Assembly (NCBI GenBank): GCA_017654855.1 | Contig: CM030334.1 | Coordinates: 1,054,001 to 1,118,000, forward strand | Source of the DNA: Podospora anserina | Taxonomy: Eukaryota | Reading direction: 5' to 3' | DNA length: 64,000 bases | Shown: one piece after another, positions 1 to 12,379 of the stretch | How positions within the stretch are numbered: position 1 is the stretch's first letter | Layout of the letters: every line of letters starts with the position of its first letter | The notes under the pieces: generated by a model | Seen by the model: only the letters and a program-made list of their open reading frames with translations | What the model was told of the DNA's origin: nothing | Databases searched by the model: none | Made by a program: the position numbers and the translations under genes

Positions 1-828
1 CTTGTGAAGAGGGGGAGCCAGGCCAACCACAGCGCCAATCACCGCCCCAATGAGGGGGGCGTTGAAAAAGGACAGGACGAGCGACACCCACCACTGGGCA
101 CGAGGGGAGAGACCATCCCACTGCTCCTGCGACACAAAAAAAGGGTGCTCGTCCGTGTAGTTCTCCTGCTGCCGGTTGTCGCGCCCACTCGACGAGCTGT
201 TCCGGTTCCCGAGGAGACGAGTCTGCTCGTCCGCACTCGCTTCTTCATCATCCTGATTCCCGCCTCCGCTCTCGTCCGAACCATCCTTGTCCTCGCCATC
301 CCACGAGTCCGTGTCCTCGAGCAAACGAGGACCAACCGCAAAAGTAATGCAGTTGGAGATTGTTGAAAACACCAAAAAGTACGACTTGGCGCGCTCGACT
401 GCTTCCTTGCTGGATTCATCTCCCATGACCAGCGTGTCCAAAATTCCCGTCTCTTGTAGTGCCCCAATGAGGAGGAGCGGGTAACTCGTGGTGTTGTTGA
501 TGAGGATGGCGACGGAGGCCCAGTTGGGCATTCCGAAACCGAATTGGGCGAGCATGCCGATGCCAAAGGAGACAATGTGGCAGACTACACCCCAGATGAC
601 GATGGGGACATAGTTGCTGACGGAGTCGAGGTCGAGTTGAGAGCCGACTTTGGTGATGAGAAGCGCAGGCAAAAAAAGCTGGACGCAGATCTTGGAGATC
701 TTCTTGCTGCTTTTGCGGTCGAGAAGTCCCAGCCAGCCCGCGACGCCGCCATAGGTCATGACGAGGAGGACTGAGAGGGAGGCCTGGATGGCGCCGAGAA
801 AAGATTCGAAGAGGCCGGTAGACCCCAT
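1..828 (-). CDS. Auxin efflux carrier / Mem_trans-family membrane transporter, 5' part (runs off window edge)
   Basis: Absent from the ORF track, consistent with no stop inside the window. Manual translation from ATG 828: MGSTGLFESFLGAIQASLSVLLVMTYGGVAGWLGLLDRKSSKKISKICVQLFLPALLITKVG...NNTTSYPLLLIGAL...AKSYFLV...FFNAPLIGAVIGAVVGLAPPLHK, which matches fungal AEC motifs. Confidence 0.85.
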   Translation of the reverse strand, partial: MGSTGLFESFLGAIQASLSVLLVMTYGGVAGWLGLLDRKSSKKISKICVQLFLPALLITKVGSQLDLDSVSNYVPIVIWGVVCHIVSFGIGMLAQFGFGMPNWASVAILINNTTSYPLLLIGALQETGILDTLVMGDESSKEAVERAKSYFLVFSTISNCITFAVGPRLLEDTDSWDGEDKDGSDESGGGNQDDEEASADEQTRLLGNRNSSSSGRDNRQQENYTDEHPFFVSQEQWDGLSPRAQWWVSLVLSFFNAPLIGAVIGAVVGLAPPLHK

Positions 829-1492
829 GGTGATTGTTTTGATGTCGTCTGCTACAAGGTGTGGTGTGTTAGTCGAGGCTTTGGAAGTGCTCTGGGCGAA
901 GCTGATAAGCTTCTCTTGGAGGGTGTGATGGTTCAGGCACCATGCGCAGAAGATCTGGGGAAGAGATCTAGGTGTGGTAGATGTCTTGCTCAAATATGGT
1001 TCCTGAAAGGTCTAGAACGTGTCGTGTGCTTGATTGCCTTGGCTGGCACCCGACGCCTTGGAACAGCTGAATGCATGACGAGTGGGCGCTCAAACTGATG
1101 ACGAAAGCCAAGAAACGGTGGCCGGCCAGGGGTTGGTTGTCGCGATCACGACAAAGCCAAGAAGGCCAAGACAAGGCGCCGTTGGGAATGTGGGTCTATG
1201 ATTTAAAGTGGCTTTTGGCTGGGTAAGAACTAAAACACTGAAAGACATTGCTTGGCATGAATCAATCCAGATTCATGACTTGCAGAAGTCCATTAGACAT
1301 AGCTTCCCAAAATGGCCTATCTGAACATCATATGAAAATGATAGAGTGGAGATGGCAGATGTGAAGAGTCTCAATAGAGGTGAGGCCATCTTTCGAAATA
1401 TTGACCTTCCCAGACCTATGGCTGAGAAGCTCGAAGCAAAAAGTGACGGGAAAGTGCAGAGGTTTCGATGGAACAAGCAATTCGACCAAAAG

Positions 1493-1768
1493 TCAAGAAC
1501 AGCCACTTGACTGTTCCAAACATCCGAGGAAACGCCAAAGAAACACTACATCGTCAGAAAGCAAAACTGAATAGCTGGGCTTACCGACAATCTCCCAGCC
1601 GCGCGAGCAGCCGGTCACGGGGGGCGGGGCTGGAGGTGGCGGCGGCGGCGGGGGCGGAGGAGGAGGAGGAGGGCCCGGAGGGGGGGTTAGTGGCGGCGTC
1701 GGCGGCGGCGCCCTGGGAGGCGTGTGAGTAGGCGTTGGAGGCGGCGTGTAAGGGCTCGCGGATCCCAT
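1493..1768 (-). CDS. Possible small proline-rich protein (uncertain)
   Basis: ATG in good context (caagATGG) followed by a GC-rich poly-Pro tract; no family recognised, may be low-complexity DNA. Confidence 0.25.
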   Translation of the reverse strand: MGSASPYTPPPTPTHTPPRAPPPTPPLTPPPGPPPPPPPPPPPPPPAPPPVTGCSRGWEIVGKPSYSVLLSDDVVFLWRFLGCLEQSSGCS

Positions 1769-2133
1769 CTTGACGTTCTTGATAACAAGAGGAAAAAAAG
1801 GCCAGACACTGGCGATTTTTTCTGACACTACTTCACCACTCCAGCCTAGCTGCCCTACAGAAGGAAGGAGCCCCTCACCATATGCTCCCAGTGACAGGTC
1901 ATTATGTCGATACCTGTAGAGAAATAAACTTCTTCGATCAATCGAGACAGAAACTACATCTTCATGTTCAACTCAATTATCCCAGATACCATCCAGTTTG
2001 CTACATGCTCAGACAGGGGAACTAGACATAACCTCACCGAGACTTTAAGAGTCAAAGTGCGCATAGAAACAGTCATAGTCAGACAATCAACTGTCCAAGA
2101 ATGTTTCCAATCACATCAACCGATCATATCTGC

Positions 2134-3770
2134 CTAAAGCTTGCGCCGTGACATTGTAGCCCGTACCCCCGGACTATCATAAGCTCCAAGTGCCACAAAA
2201 GCATCCCTATGGCAAGCAATGTCCCTTCCCAAAGTTGTCTCGTACATCTCCCAGTCAAACCGCTTTACAATTGTGGCCGCTGTCAAGTACATTTCAACAT
2301 AGGCTAGACTGAAAACAGCATATGTCAGTCGTGGATTCCAACACGAAATGCGAAGTCGATCCGTACCTGATTCCAAGACAAGCTCTCGACCCCTTCCCAA
2401 ACGGTACCAGGTATTTGTCCAATCTCTTTCCTGAGCCTAACCAACGCTCCGGTTTAAAGACATGCGGCTCAGGAAAAACGGTCGGGTCCATTAGGATGAA
2501 GTACCCAGTCTGCGAAACTGGGGTACCGGCAGGAATGACATATTGCTTGTAGATGATGTCTTCATGTGCGACTCGTGGAAGCCTTGTGGTGATACCGTAG
2601 GAGAGCCGGAGTGCCTCTTTGATTACCGCTGTCTGTTGTTCGGGGAGGTTAGCAGGTATTGCTGAAGGGGAGAGAGATCTGCAATCTCACCAGATATGGA
2701 AGCTGTTGCAACGTGCTCCAAGAAGGGATATCCTGCTCGCTTGGTATGGCCACATCCAACTCTTCTCTGAGTCGCTCCAACGCGTCCGGAACGTGCTTCA
2801 AGTAGAAGAACATCCTTGTTAGCGTCTGACCTGTAGTCTCAGATCCAGCACCAGTCAACAGTGTAGCCTCGTCGCACATTCGCTTCAACGTCCTCTCGCT
2901 CGGTGGCAGATTCTCGTTGTCACGCAAAGCGTGGAAAATGGAACGGGCGCCGGACTTCTCTCCTTCGGTCCCCGCAAGTATCGGGTTGACCTGCTTGATC
3001 ATGTCCTCTTGCCGGGCGAGCATGTAAGCCACGCCTGGACTCGTCCTTTTCACGATGGATTGGGGGATCCGCTCCATCAACGACGGGATCCAAGGGAACT
3101 GCATCATCAGAAAGCAGCCCCCCGTCGCACCGACGACGGCCTCCTTGAACTGCAGTTCGAAGTCAGGCTTGTCGAGGTACTTTCTGTCGTGCCCAAAGCT
3201 GTAGTCGCAGATCACGTCCATGGTCAGCGCCATGAGTGCGGCATCAAGGCGGAAGACCTCCCCCGTCTGGGCAATCTTGTCCAATCTAGCGGAAAGCTTT
3301 TCCACTTTGGACTTGATCAGCGGCTCCAGCTTGGTGACGGATGCCACAGAGAAGAAGGGATTGAGGGCTGCCCGACGAAGTCGATGTAGGTCGTGTGGCA
3401 CGGTCGTAAAGGTGGAACTGCTAGCGACAGCCAGTCTGGTCCACCATTCGTACTTGTCGAGCTTGCGCTTCGAGTTGACGCCACATCCGTAGAGCTCGTC
3501 GTAGAAGTCTGGATCCAGAATGTGTAGCTCGTGGGGATTGATACGGACGATTGGACCGTATCTTTGATGCATTTCTTCCACCCTCCACATGAACTGTCCT
3601 TTTTTGACCACGTTCCAGTAGAACTCGTACCAGAGTGTTACGGCTGTCAACTTGGGACCGGGAAACCTGGACAGTGGGTGGAAGTAAAGACGCCAGATGA
3701 CGGTGGTAGCCATCCAGCAGAGCCCACCGACGATGGCGGCCACAAGCGGCCAAGGTGTGATTGTCTCCAT
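2134..3770 (-). CDS. Cytochrome P450 (trichodiene oxygenase/CYP58-like clan), 3 exons
   Basis: N-terminal TM then HPLSRFPGP; I-helix GAGSETT; EALR; FKPERW; heme motif PFGKGSRACLG. Introns 2633-2690 (GTGAGA..GCTAAC..CAG) and 2309-2366 (GTACGG..CTGAC..CAG) join the ORFs in frame. Confidence 0.95.
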
Positions 3771-4921
3771 GGCGACGTCGCTCTCACCGTCTGATATTCA
3801 GGGAATATTCTCGGGAACTCGCGCTGGCTTCGATCGACACAGGGATTTTGACCAGGAGCTGGTGGGAGTAAGTACTATCTAGGATGAACAAAGGTCAGTT
3901 GCCAGTTTGATCTCCCTGGGTGTTCAAAGAGGGGTAAGCTGAAGCAGTACGACGAACCAGCAGAACCAATATCGTGTTGGATACTGGGCCAAGCCAAGCC
4001 CGACGGCCACGGCTGTTATCACGGAGCATGAGCAACCAATCGGACAGCATGGTGCAGGGACCTATCGAACCAACATCGCCGGAGGGAGCTGAAGCCCCGG
4101 ACACGGTACCACAACATCTTTGTTGTACCTCACTGGCGAATTTGACGGTAAGGGCACTCGTTTGCTAGGTGTCGGATAGACAGATCTACCCCGTCAACCT
4201 CCCATGGTGTCTGAGCCTACAACATGCCCCTACAGTACTAGAAGCTCTGGTCTAGACTGTAAGCCTGCCGGGATGGAAAGCTGTGGTACCTTGGTGACAG
4301 AGCGTGGGTGCTGGGAAGGCTCCTAGAGTATAGAAAATCGGCACAGAGAGACGTCTCATCACAGATAGCTGTATGGCATGCCGTGTTGTACCAGATTGGT
4401 ATACATTGTTGAGAGATACTTGAGGCAAAGTGGCCAACCCATCGGCGATTCTGGCGAGGCGGTGATTCTTGCCTCGTGCGGTGCAGGACGGAGCAGGTAC
4501 ACAGGCAGAGCAACCTGGAAGGTTCGGGGCGATCAGGGGTCCAGTGAAAGGACAAGCCTGCTTGCGATGCTGTGGACCTAGGTTCAGTGGGCAGGACCGC
4601 AAACCCTTCCAGACCGTACAAGTAATTGCACCACTGGCAATCTCCTGGTCCAGTGCTCGAGATGGGTAGGTGCTCCGAGAGGAAGAAGGGATTGGAAGGC
4701 GTGCACCCACGGTCTGTCTGGTTTACCAAGTCTTCTTCTCCGCCCCTCTGCTCCGTGACAGGTTGACTTTTCCTTTGCAGCCAGCACCGGATCTTGCACC
4801 ACCAGGGAACTCGAAATCAATAATGACCTCTTGACCTCTCATCTTCGCCGTCCATCGGGCTGGTATTATCCTATTATCTATTCTTGACCCACCACCACAA
4901 GTGGCTTACTCCGTACAGGCG

Positions 4922-6659
4922 ATGCCTCTTCAGCTGTACCAGCTGCAGAGAGCCGGGGAAAATGTTCCATCAATTATCTCCTCATTATCAACACGATCAT
5001 CAACTGCCTTATCTCCTATTACCACCATCAATATCAACAGGTACGTGCTTTCAGACTCTTTGACACGGGAGACTGGCGTCATCGGTGGCCCTGTGCCCGG
5101 CTCCCGTCGATGCGTACATTTCGACGTCACTATTCGCTACCTACCACTTTTCAGAGAGAAATTGCTAACCGATAGGTGTCTCCAGTCCTACTTTATTATG
5201 CTTCCTGTATTTCTTCTCCAGTCCAACTTCTCAGCACTGCAAAGAGAGACCAAACCGCCCCAACCTCTTCCAGTTGGCTCTCGACTTGCCATCATCTACA
5301 ACCACCCAAAGGACGGCCAACTCGGCGATCTCTTGTACAAGATGGTCATTCGATCAACTTCCAACCCGTATGGTGGCCATAGTTATGTCTCCGACGATCC
5401 TTCCGATTTCCACCCCATATCGCGTCCACGGACAGCATGTCCCACCTTCAGCACAACTCTCAAGACTTCCCTACTGTCTCCAGGGCTGCTGTTGCATTCC
5501 ACTCTTCTCCCGTCACTGGCGTTGAACTCCTCTCTTGCAAGCATTTCATACACTGTGGCTCGGCTCACCAACCGCTTGGAAGCCAAAGACCTGATCTGGC
5601 CCCTCGGTCCCCTCCTCAACGCATGGTGGTCCGCCGTGTTTCGGCATCAATTTGCACACCACCCAGTTTCCCTCTTTTCCGCTTACAAGGCCCTCGCTCG
5701 CCCTGAGAAGCTTGTTTTGACTGGAGTGACTCTGTGGGGAGGCAGACTCTTTTACCGGGTGCTCTCCCGGATGCTCAAGAGGGAGAAGGGTCGTGACAAG
5801 CCCGCCTACGAGTCGCTCAAGCGTCAGCATGGCTTCAGCTGGAACAAGATCTGGTGGAAGAAGTTTGTGCCCGAGATTGGCTGGTTGACCCTCATCAGCC
5901 TTCCTGTCGTCACACCTTTCAGACTGGGATACTACTCAGGCGCAGTGATCCAGCAGTCGCTGACGTCAATCACACAGAAGGGCTGGGCTCAGGCCTTGTC
6001 AGTCGGCTTGTTCACTATGGGTCTCACCATGGAAGTCTTGGCCGATTGGCAGTTGGACCGGTTCAAGATGGGCAAGGGAATTGGAATTGGCCCTGGCACC
6101 AGGAGCCGAGCGGGTAGTCTGGAGAAAGAAAATGGAAATGGCGTCAAGTTTACCCAGCCAGGTTGGACTGTCGAGACAGGAGTGAATGGACGCAGAGTTT
6201 CCATCAGCAGAGAGAGGGAGAACCGTGAAGAGAAGATTTGCAAGGAAGGGGTTTGGGGTATTGTGAGACATCCCAAGTAAGTGCCAACCCACTGTCACCA
6301 CTACCTTCTCATACTGACTTGTTGGTGCTCACAGCTATCTCGGCGACGCCCTTGTCCACCTGTCGTTTCCACTCATGCTCTATGCGTCCGACCTCCTCAC
6401 TCCGATCGCCATGCTTGGCCCTCTGGCGAACTACCTGTACCTTCGATGTGTCGGCGGCGACAAGACCGATGAGTACACGCGAACCAGACGATACTCATCT
6501 GAGGACGTCAGCAAGAAGATCGAGTTCGACCGCTACCGTCGAGAGCGAAACAGCTTCTGGCCGGACAAGGGCCAGATTCACAATAAGTGGACATGGATCG
6601 TGGTCGGCTGTGGCGTGGCGGGCGCCCTGATCGAGAGACTAATCATGGGTGTTGTTTGA
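4922..6659 (+). CDS. DUF1295 / steroid 5-alpha-reductase-like membrane protein
   Basis: LWGGRL, EVLADWQLDRFK, GVWGIVRHP|NYLGD across intron ~6277-6333. Start uncertain (ATG 4922 with in-frame intron 5041-5175, or ATG 5198/5342). Confidence 0.85.
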
Positions 6660-8426
6660 CTTCAGGCTTTGTGCCGGTCGTGGTGTTCAGGCGGTCTCGA
6701 GGCAACAATCTTCACTGCGAATTCGGGCAGCAGCATTTTCAGGCGTTGAGGCTTTGATTATTGGCGTACGGCATCTTTCATCATTCGCAACTATCCTCAT
6801 TATCCTCCTCTTCCGGCGACCCCCTTTGACTTGGTTCCGTAGACCATCCTCGGGCCACCTCAAGCCTTGATTATGTCCACCGTCCTGGTCGATCTCAACC
6901 GTTGGTCGGACTATGTCATTGCCAATGTTCCAGGCTGCTCTCTGGTTGGCGACCACCACGACACTTTGCCTCGAGACCTACGGCAGCTCTTTCACCGACA
7001 TTACCACTTCCATATCACCGTCGCTGTTGGCATCGTTACCGTGCAGCTGCTACAAAATTTGCCTTGTCATGTGTATCAAGTGCCTCTCTGTCGCCGCCAC
7101 GTGCTCCTTCCTCCGCTAGGCAGAACCTGTACTACCTAGTCCAACATTGTCCCAGAAGGTAGCCCCGACAGCTTGGCTAGGCCACGCCTGCTCACAAAGT
7201 CGATGGGACTAAACACGCTCAGCCCCAGCCCAAGCCATTCCAGCCATCGACTCTGTCGTGAACCCACACTGCCGTCTAGAATGGCACTTGCTACGACGAC
7301 AAGGAGCCTCAGAAGGCACGGCACACTCAGCTCGTGCGTAGCAACAATGCCGCTTGCCATCAACAATCTCGAATCTCGCTGTCGGCAGTCAAGAAGTCAG
7401 AAGTCCAAGCTATGTTGATCGGCCTTGTCAATGTTTGGTGGACGGGTGGACTTCCAGGCTTGTCTGTCCGGCAGGCTTGTCCCCCCCAATCCTGTCCCCA
7501 GCCATATCCCATATCAACGCCAATTTTGACAACCGTCACGGAAGGCGCTACTTCGAAGGTTAACCCGAGCCTTTGCGCTTTCTGTTAGACATTGCTGTCG
7601 CTTTCCGATGAGATTCAAGGCCTCGAGTGACCGGACCGGGCGATACTTGCCAGTCGCTGTCGCCCTGAATATGTCAAACAGTAGCTGCCAGAAGGACTGC
7701 TGGCTGCTTGTGTCCAGTGTTTTTGCTTCCCAACCGAGCTTGTCGGTCACGACCAAGTGCTGGAACACGACAGATGCGGCCAGATGAGACACAGAACCTG
7801 CTTCTTGCCTCCCCTTCACCTCGGCTTCGACAACTTTGGTTCTTCTATCTGCTCAAAGACAGCACAGGGATAGTCATTACTTCGACACCGCCAGGACAGC
7901 ACAATATACTTTTGCAGCAGCGTATCGTACTACAGATTTACCGGCCTGGTTTCAAGTTCATGCCTTGCTTCAGCACCCACGCAGCAATTACAGGGCACAG
8001 TCGAGCAATCACTGTTCAGGCTGACCGAACCAGCGCAGTATCATTGCCATGAATGATTATCTGAACTCCTTCGCTTTCCATCTGTTGGTCTTTGCGAAGG
8101 GTCCCTCACAAACGGACGTGACCGCTGCCCAAACCGCCCTTCACCACTGGCGCCTGAGATATCCAAGAGCAGCAGCAATGCTCGCTCCTGTGGTATATAT
8201 GTTACAGTGTCGGTACCACCACGGTGCCGACAACAGGACCATTTCGAAGGTCTTCACAGCCAGTACGCCCCGTCTGCGGACATTTCTACTCCTCTCCTCT
8301 TCTTTATTCGAGATGTATCCTTACCGACCCACTCACATCTACCGCTCCCAGGTGGTACAAGGCAAAGCGAACGGCCCCATGGGCACCAACGTTCGACACG
8401 AGCTGAAGTTGGCCGTGGCTTGTCAC

Positions 8427-8561
8427 CAGGGTAGCTAAGAAGATGAGTTGAGATGAGAGGACCCTCATCTTATCTCACCCCACGGATTCAGGCCTTCGGC
8501 TCATCCCACGGTCTCGTCTTATAGAGGGGATAAAACCGTCTTATCTCATTTAGCCACCCTG
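8427..8561. mobile_element. 135-bp hAT-type MITE
   Basis: TIRs CAGGGTAGCTAA / CAGGGTGGCTAA (11/12); flanks CTTGTCAC and CTCATCAC look like a degenerate 8-bp TSD; internal GATGAG/CTCATC repeats. Confidence 0.65.
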
Positions 8562-9257
8562 CTCATCACGGCCACATTTCCGTCGCGAAATCATGTTTCA
8601 GAACCACTGGAGTGCCGCGGGCGGCAGAGGGTCGCCGGCTTCATGATATGGTATTGCGCGAGCTGATCCCCCTCACGGACACAGCCGTCCGACTTTTGCT
8701 TTCGTGCCTGCCCGCGCCCAGAATCAACGGCGTGACGGGGGCCTTCAGTGGGTGGTAAAGCGACTCGTCACCCCCGCTGGCTTAACACCAGCCACACCCC
8801 CTCGCCAGACCCGAGGATCTCGCCGGTACTATCCGACCCATCCAACCCAGCATCACCCCCCACACGTGAACAGTGGCGGTCATCCAGCTCGATCTTAACG
8901 GGCCAGGTCGTCGTCCCACCGGCTCTCGCATATCCGTGCCCAGCCGTGGCTTGTTGGGACGACAAGGGACGAAATGCTTGCAGGATGTCAACACCAAGGG
9001 CATCATGTGCCGTGGGGAGAGGCAGCTCAAAGAGAAATGTAACGCGCGCGGGGGCGAGGGGCGAGTTGGGATAGGGCAAGGACATGGCGTTCCGGTAATG
9101 TGATTTGGAGGATAGGTGGTAGGGAGGATAGGTGTTTTGGGTATGGTGGAGGTGTTGGTACGGTGAATAGGACAGTGTATGGTGTATTGTATGGGCATGG
9201 CATTGGGTTTGCATTATGGTCTTTCTATCCTCTGTATTATGTTCATTTTATCTCTTA

Positions 9258-10874
9258 ACGTACATTATTAGCGAGTGACCCACTTTCTACGCGACGCGAC
9301 ATCTTTGCACTTCACAACAACTTTCTACCATCCAAAATGCCCACTACTTCAAAAGAAAGCCAGATAATCTTAGCCCTCCAAGCTCTTCAAAATAACGAGA
9401 ATCTAAGCGAACGAACTGCAGCTAAAATTTACGGAGTCGACCGTAAAACACTAGCGCGTCGCCGCATCGGCAAGCCTGCACGATACGACTACCAGAGGGC
9501 CAAATACGAGGATCTAAAGGTTATTAGCGAGTGGTTCGCACTTGTGCAGAACACTAAGGCTAAGTACGGTATTATGGATAACGATATCTATAACTTTGAC
9601 GAGACTGGATTTATAATGGGTATTATCTTCGCGGGTATGGTAGTTACGACCTCGGACGGCCTTAGCAAGGCAAAACTAGCCCAGCCTAGTACCCGCGAAT
9701 GGGCAACGGTAATCCAAGGAGTTAATGCCCTTAGCTGGGCTATCCCTCCGTTTATTATTTTAGCCGCGTAATACTACCTTACTAACTAGTATACCGAGTG
9801 CAACCTACCGTCTACCTAGCGTATCGCAACCACCGATAATAGCTGGACTACTAATATAATAGGCTTAGATTAGATTAAGTACTTCGATTATTATACAACG
9901 CCCCGCATAAAGGGCAAATACCGGCTATTGATCCTCGATGGTTACGAAAGCTATTACTCGACCGAATTCGAGCGCTACTGCTAGTAAAATAATATTATTA
10001 CGCTCTACATACCTCTACATTCTTCGCACTACCTCCAGCCACTCGATGTCGGCTACTTTAGGCCATTAAAGCAGGCGTACGGCTACCAGATTAAGGACTT
10101 AATGCGTATATATATTAACCACGTAAGTAAGCTCGAGTTCCTCTATACCTTCCGCGAGGCCTTCTTCGCCTCTATAATAGAGAAGAATATATAGGGTGGC
10201 TTTACGGGTACTGGCCTTATACCGTACGATCTAGAGAGGGTACTTTCTAAGCTAGATATAAAGCTTCGTACGCTAACACCTCCAAACTCACGGCCCGGCA
10301 CTGCACAACCTTAGGTCTCCCAGACACCACACAACCCTCGAGAAGCCAACTCACAGTCAACGCTTATCAAGACTCACATTACTAACTATCAAAATAGCTC
10401 CCCGACTTCAATGCTGGCTGCGGTAGACCAGCTTACTAAGGGTACAACGGCTATAATGCACCAGGTGGCTCTCCTTCGTGCAGAGGTCTCTTCGCTCCGT
10501 AAGGCCAATGAGGCACTAAGTAAGCGCCGGAGAGCCAAAAAAACACGTGTGAGGCTTGAAGGGTTACTTACTGTACAAGAGGCACAGGATCTACTGGATC
10601 GGAAGGCCGTGGGCGAGCAGGTAATCCAGGAAAATCGACAAAGTGGTGGTGGTACAGGGGGGTCTCGTACGAAGACTCAGTGCTGTGGTGTATGCGGCAA
10701 GCCTGGCCATAATGCGCGCACTTGCCAGGAGGCTGCAGAAGCATTTGATTCAGCTGTTTCTGATGTAATTATAGTTAATTCCTTGTGTTGATGTGGTGTA
10801 ATTGAGGATAGTATTCATAGGGTGGTAGAGAGTGCGCGACTCGCTTATATGCGCGACTCGCTTATAATGTACGT
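9258..10874 (+). mobile_element. Tc1/mariner pogo/Fot1-like DNA transposon, RIP-mutated and internally deleted
   Basis: TIRs ACGTACATTAT(T/A)AGCGAGT at both ends; TA duplication at 9256-57 and 10875-76; transposase relic inside. Confidence 0.95.
9337..10791 (+). pseudogene. pogo/Fot1 DDE transposase pseudogene
   Basis: One frame: HTH-psq, YNFDETGF, LLILDGYESY (consensus DGHESH), HSSHYLQPLDVG, C-terminal CGVCGKPGHNARTC knuckle; in-frame TAA/TAG at Gln/Trp positions (e.g. 9769, 9787). Confidence 0.93.
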
Positions 10875-11728
10875 TATTGTTTTTTATTTTATATCTTGTA
10901 TTCCTTTTCACTTTTACCTGTTTTATTCCTACATGTATTTAGCACATTCTTTTCTCATTGCTACGGTATAAGTAGGGTGTATCAATGTTGGGAACAAAGA
11001 CGACGGGGCTGGGCTCCAAAGGAGCATGGACAAACCAATGGAGAGGGGGGGGGGAAGATCCCCAAGGAGCGTGGGCGAACCAAGGGAGTTGGAACTGCTC
11101 ACTTTTGTATTCACATTATTTCTGTTGCACGTTTTGTACCATAGAATGGACAGGATGGAAGAACACTATCTTTGGAACTTGGTCTGCTCGTTTGCATCAA
11201 TGTCTAGGTGTGGCATGCCCTTGGCGAATTGTCTTTTGTGACAGCGGTGTAAATCTCCGGGAGTCAACAATGACTGGTGTCTAGTAATGCCAGTGGCTTG
11301 AGTCTGTTTGAGCTATCACATCCCCACTCCAAGGTCGAGATTGGTTGGTATTCTGACTTGGTCTCGAGGGAAAATGCAGCACTCCGGTTCCAGACAGCAG
11401 TTAGGGAGTGGAATCACCGCAAGAAAATCATCCACCTGAGTACCTTGCGCAAGGGGTGTTTATTTCTACCTACTGATAACCTAATCTCCAAACTGCGTGT
11501 GCTGTCAGAGCGTAAAGGACAAAAAGACAACATCTAGAGAACTGAACAAAACAGAAGTCTAGAATATGTAGCAAATGAAAATTGTAACGAGTGGCTGAAG
11601 TTTGTGTTCCACCATACCTAGCTACCTCCACCCAACCCACCACGCCTCCATTCAACGCCTCCCAGTTCGTGGCTTCACTGGCGTTTCTTCACAACACCAT
11701 GATTAAAGTCAAATTTCTGTATTACCTG

Positions 11729-12379
11729 TCAGCTACCATGAATGCTCAAACGAGTCAAGGAAGGATAATACTCACAACAAGCAGACTGATTCCGAATATC
11801 GAAAACAAACTGCTCCGCAGTCAACGAACCCCCACCCGCATTCTCTGGCTGCAGGCTCAAGTCCCCAAACACAGTAAAATTGACCAAGCTGTTCTGCGGG
11901 TTGGGGGGAGTGAGCCGATAGCTAATGCTGTCCCGGAGAACGTAAGGCTCCGCCGAGCGGGCACCGGTCCACTGCCCGTTGGGGCTGACGTCGGTGATGG
12001 TCCCGATGGTGGGCTGGATGGCGTAGTCGCGCGCGGTGAAGAAGGCTGTTATGCCGTTGCTGGGGAGGTAGACCGTCCCGGTTGTCGTGCCGAGGGCGGT
12101 GCCGGCTGTGCACTGCCCCACCGGGAAGCTGACTTGGAGGGTGGTGGTGCAGGACTCCTCGCGGGGGCCGGAGGGGAGTGTGACACCGTAGTTGGGGTAG
12201 GTGACTGTGGCGATTTGGTTGGCGTCGTCGTAGAAGATGAAGGAGCCTTCGCAGCCTTGGCCGGTTTGGGTCGCGACGCGGGTGAAGACTGCGCGGGGTT
12301 GCTGGCGGGCTTCAATGATGGGGCCGGCGAGGGCGGTGGTCGCTTGGAGGAGGAGGGCGGAGGCGGTGGTGTACTTCAT
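11729..12379 (-). CDS. Secreted protein, DUF4360-like
   Basis: Signal peptide MKYTTASALLLQATTALA; GQGC...ATVTY...REESC pattern; probable terminal intron from ~11775 (GTGAGT..GCTGAC), so the exact stop is uncertain. Confidence 0.75.
   Translation of the reverse strand: MKYTTASALLLQATTALAGPIIEARQQPRAVFTRVATQTGQGCEGSFIFYDDANQIATVTYPNYGVTLPSGPREESCTTTLQVSFPVGQCTAGTALGTTTGTVYLPSNGITAFFTARDYAIQPTIGTITDVSPNGQWTGARSAEPYVLRDSISYRLTPPNPQNSLVNFTVFGDLSLQPENAGGGSLTAEQFVFDIRNQSACCEYYPSLTRLSIHGS

Larger units (their letters stand above)
9038..11243. mobile_element. Probable solo LTR (~590 bp: 9038-9257 + 10877-11243) interrupted by the pogo element
   Basis: Begins TGTAAC, ends GTGACA (TG..CA, 5/6 inverted match); non-coding, with strand skew continuing across the insertion; no matching 5-bp TSD (AGAAA vs GCGGT). 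Confidence 0.45.

Noticed and set aside
1..6659. Secondary-metabolite cluster around the P450, transporter and reductase-like genes
   Set aside because: No PKS, NRPS or terpene synthase in the window; a core gene beyond the left edge cannot be excluded.
6687..8050. Protein-like scraps on the minus strand
   Set aside because: Too degraded to assign.
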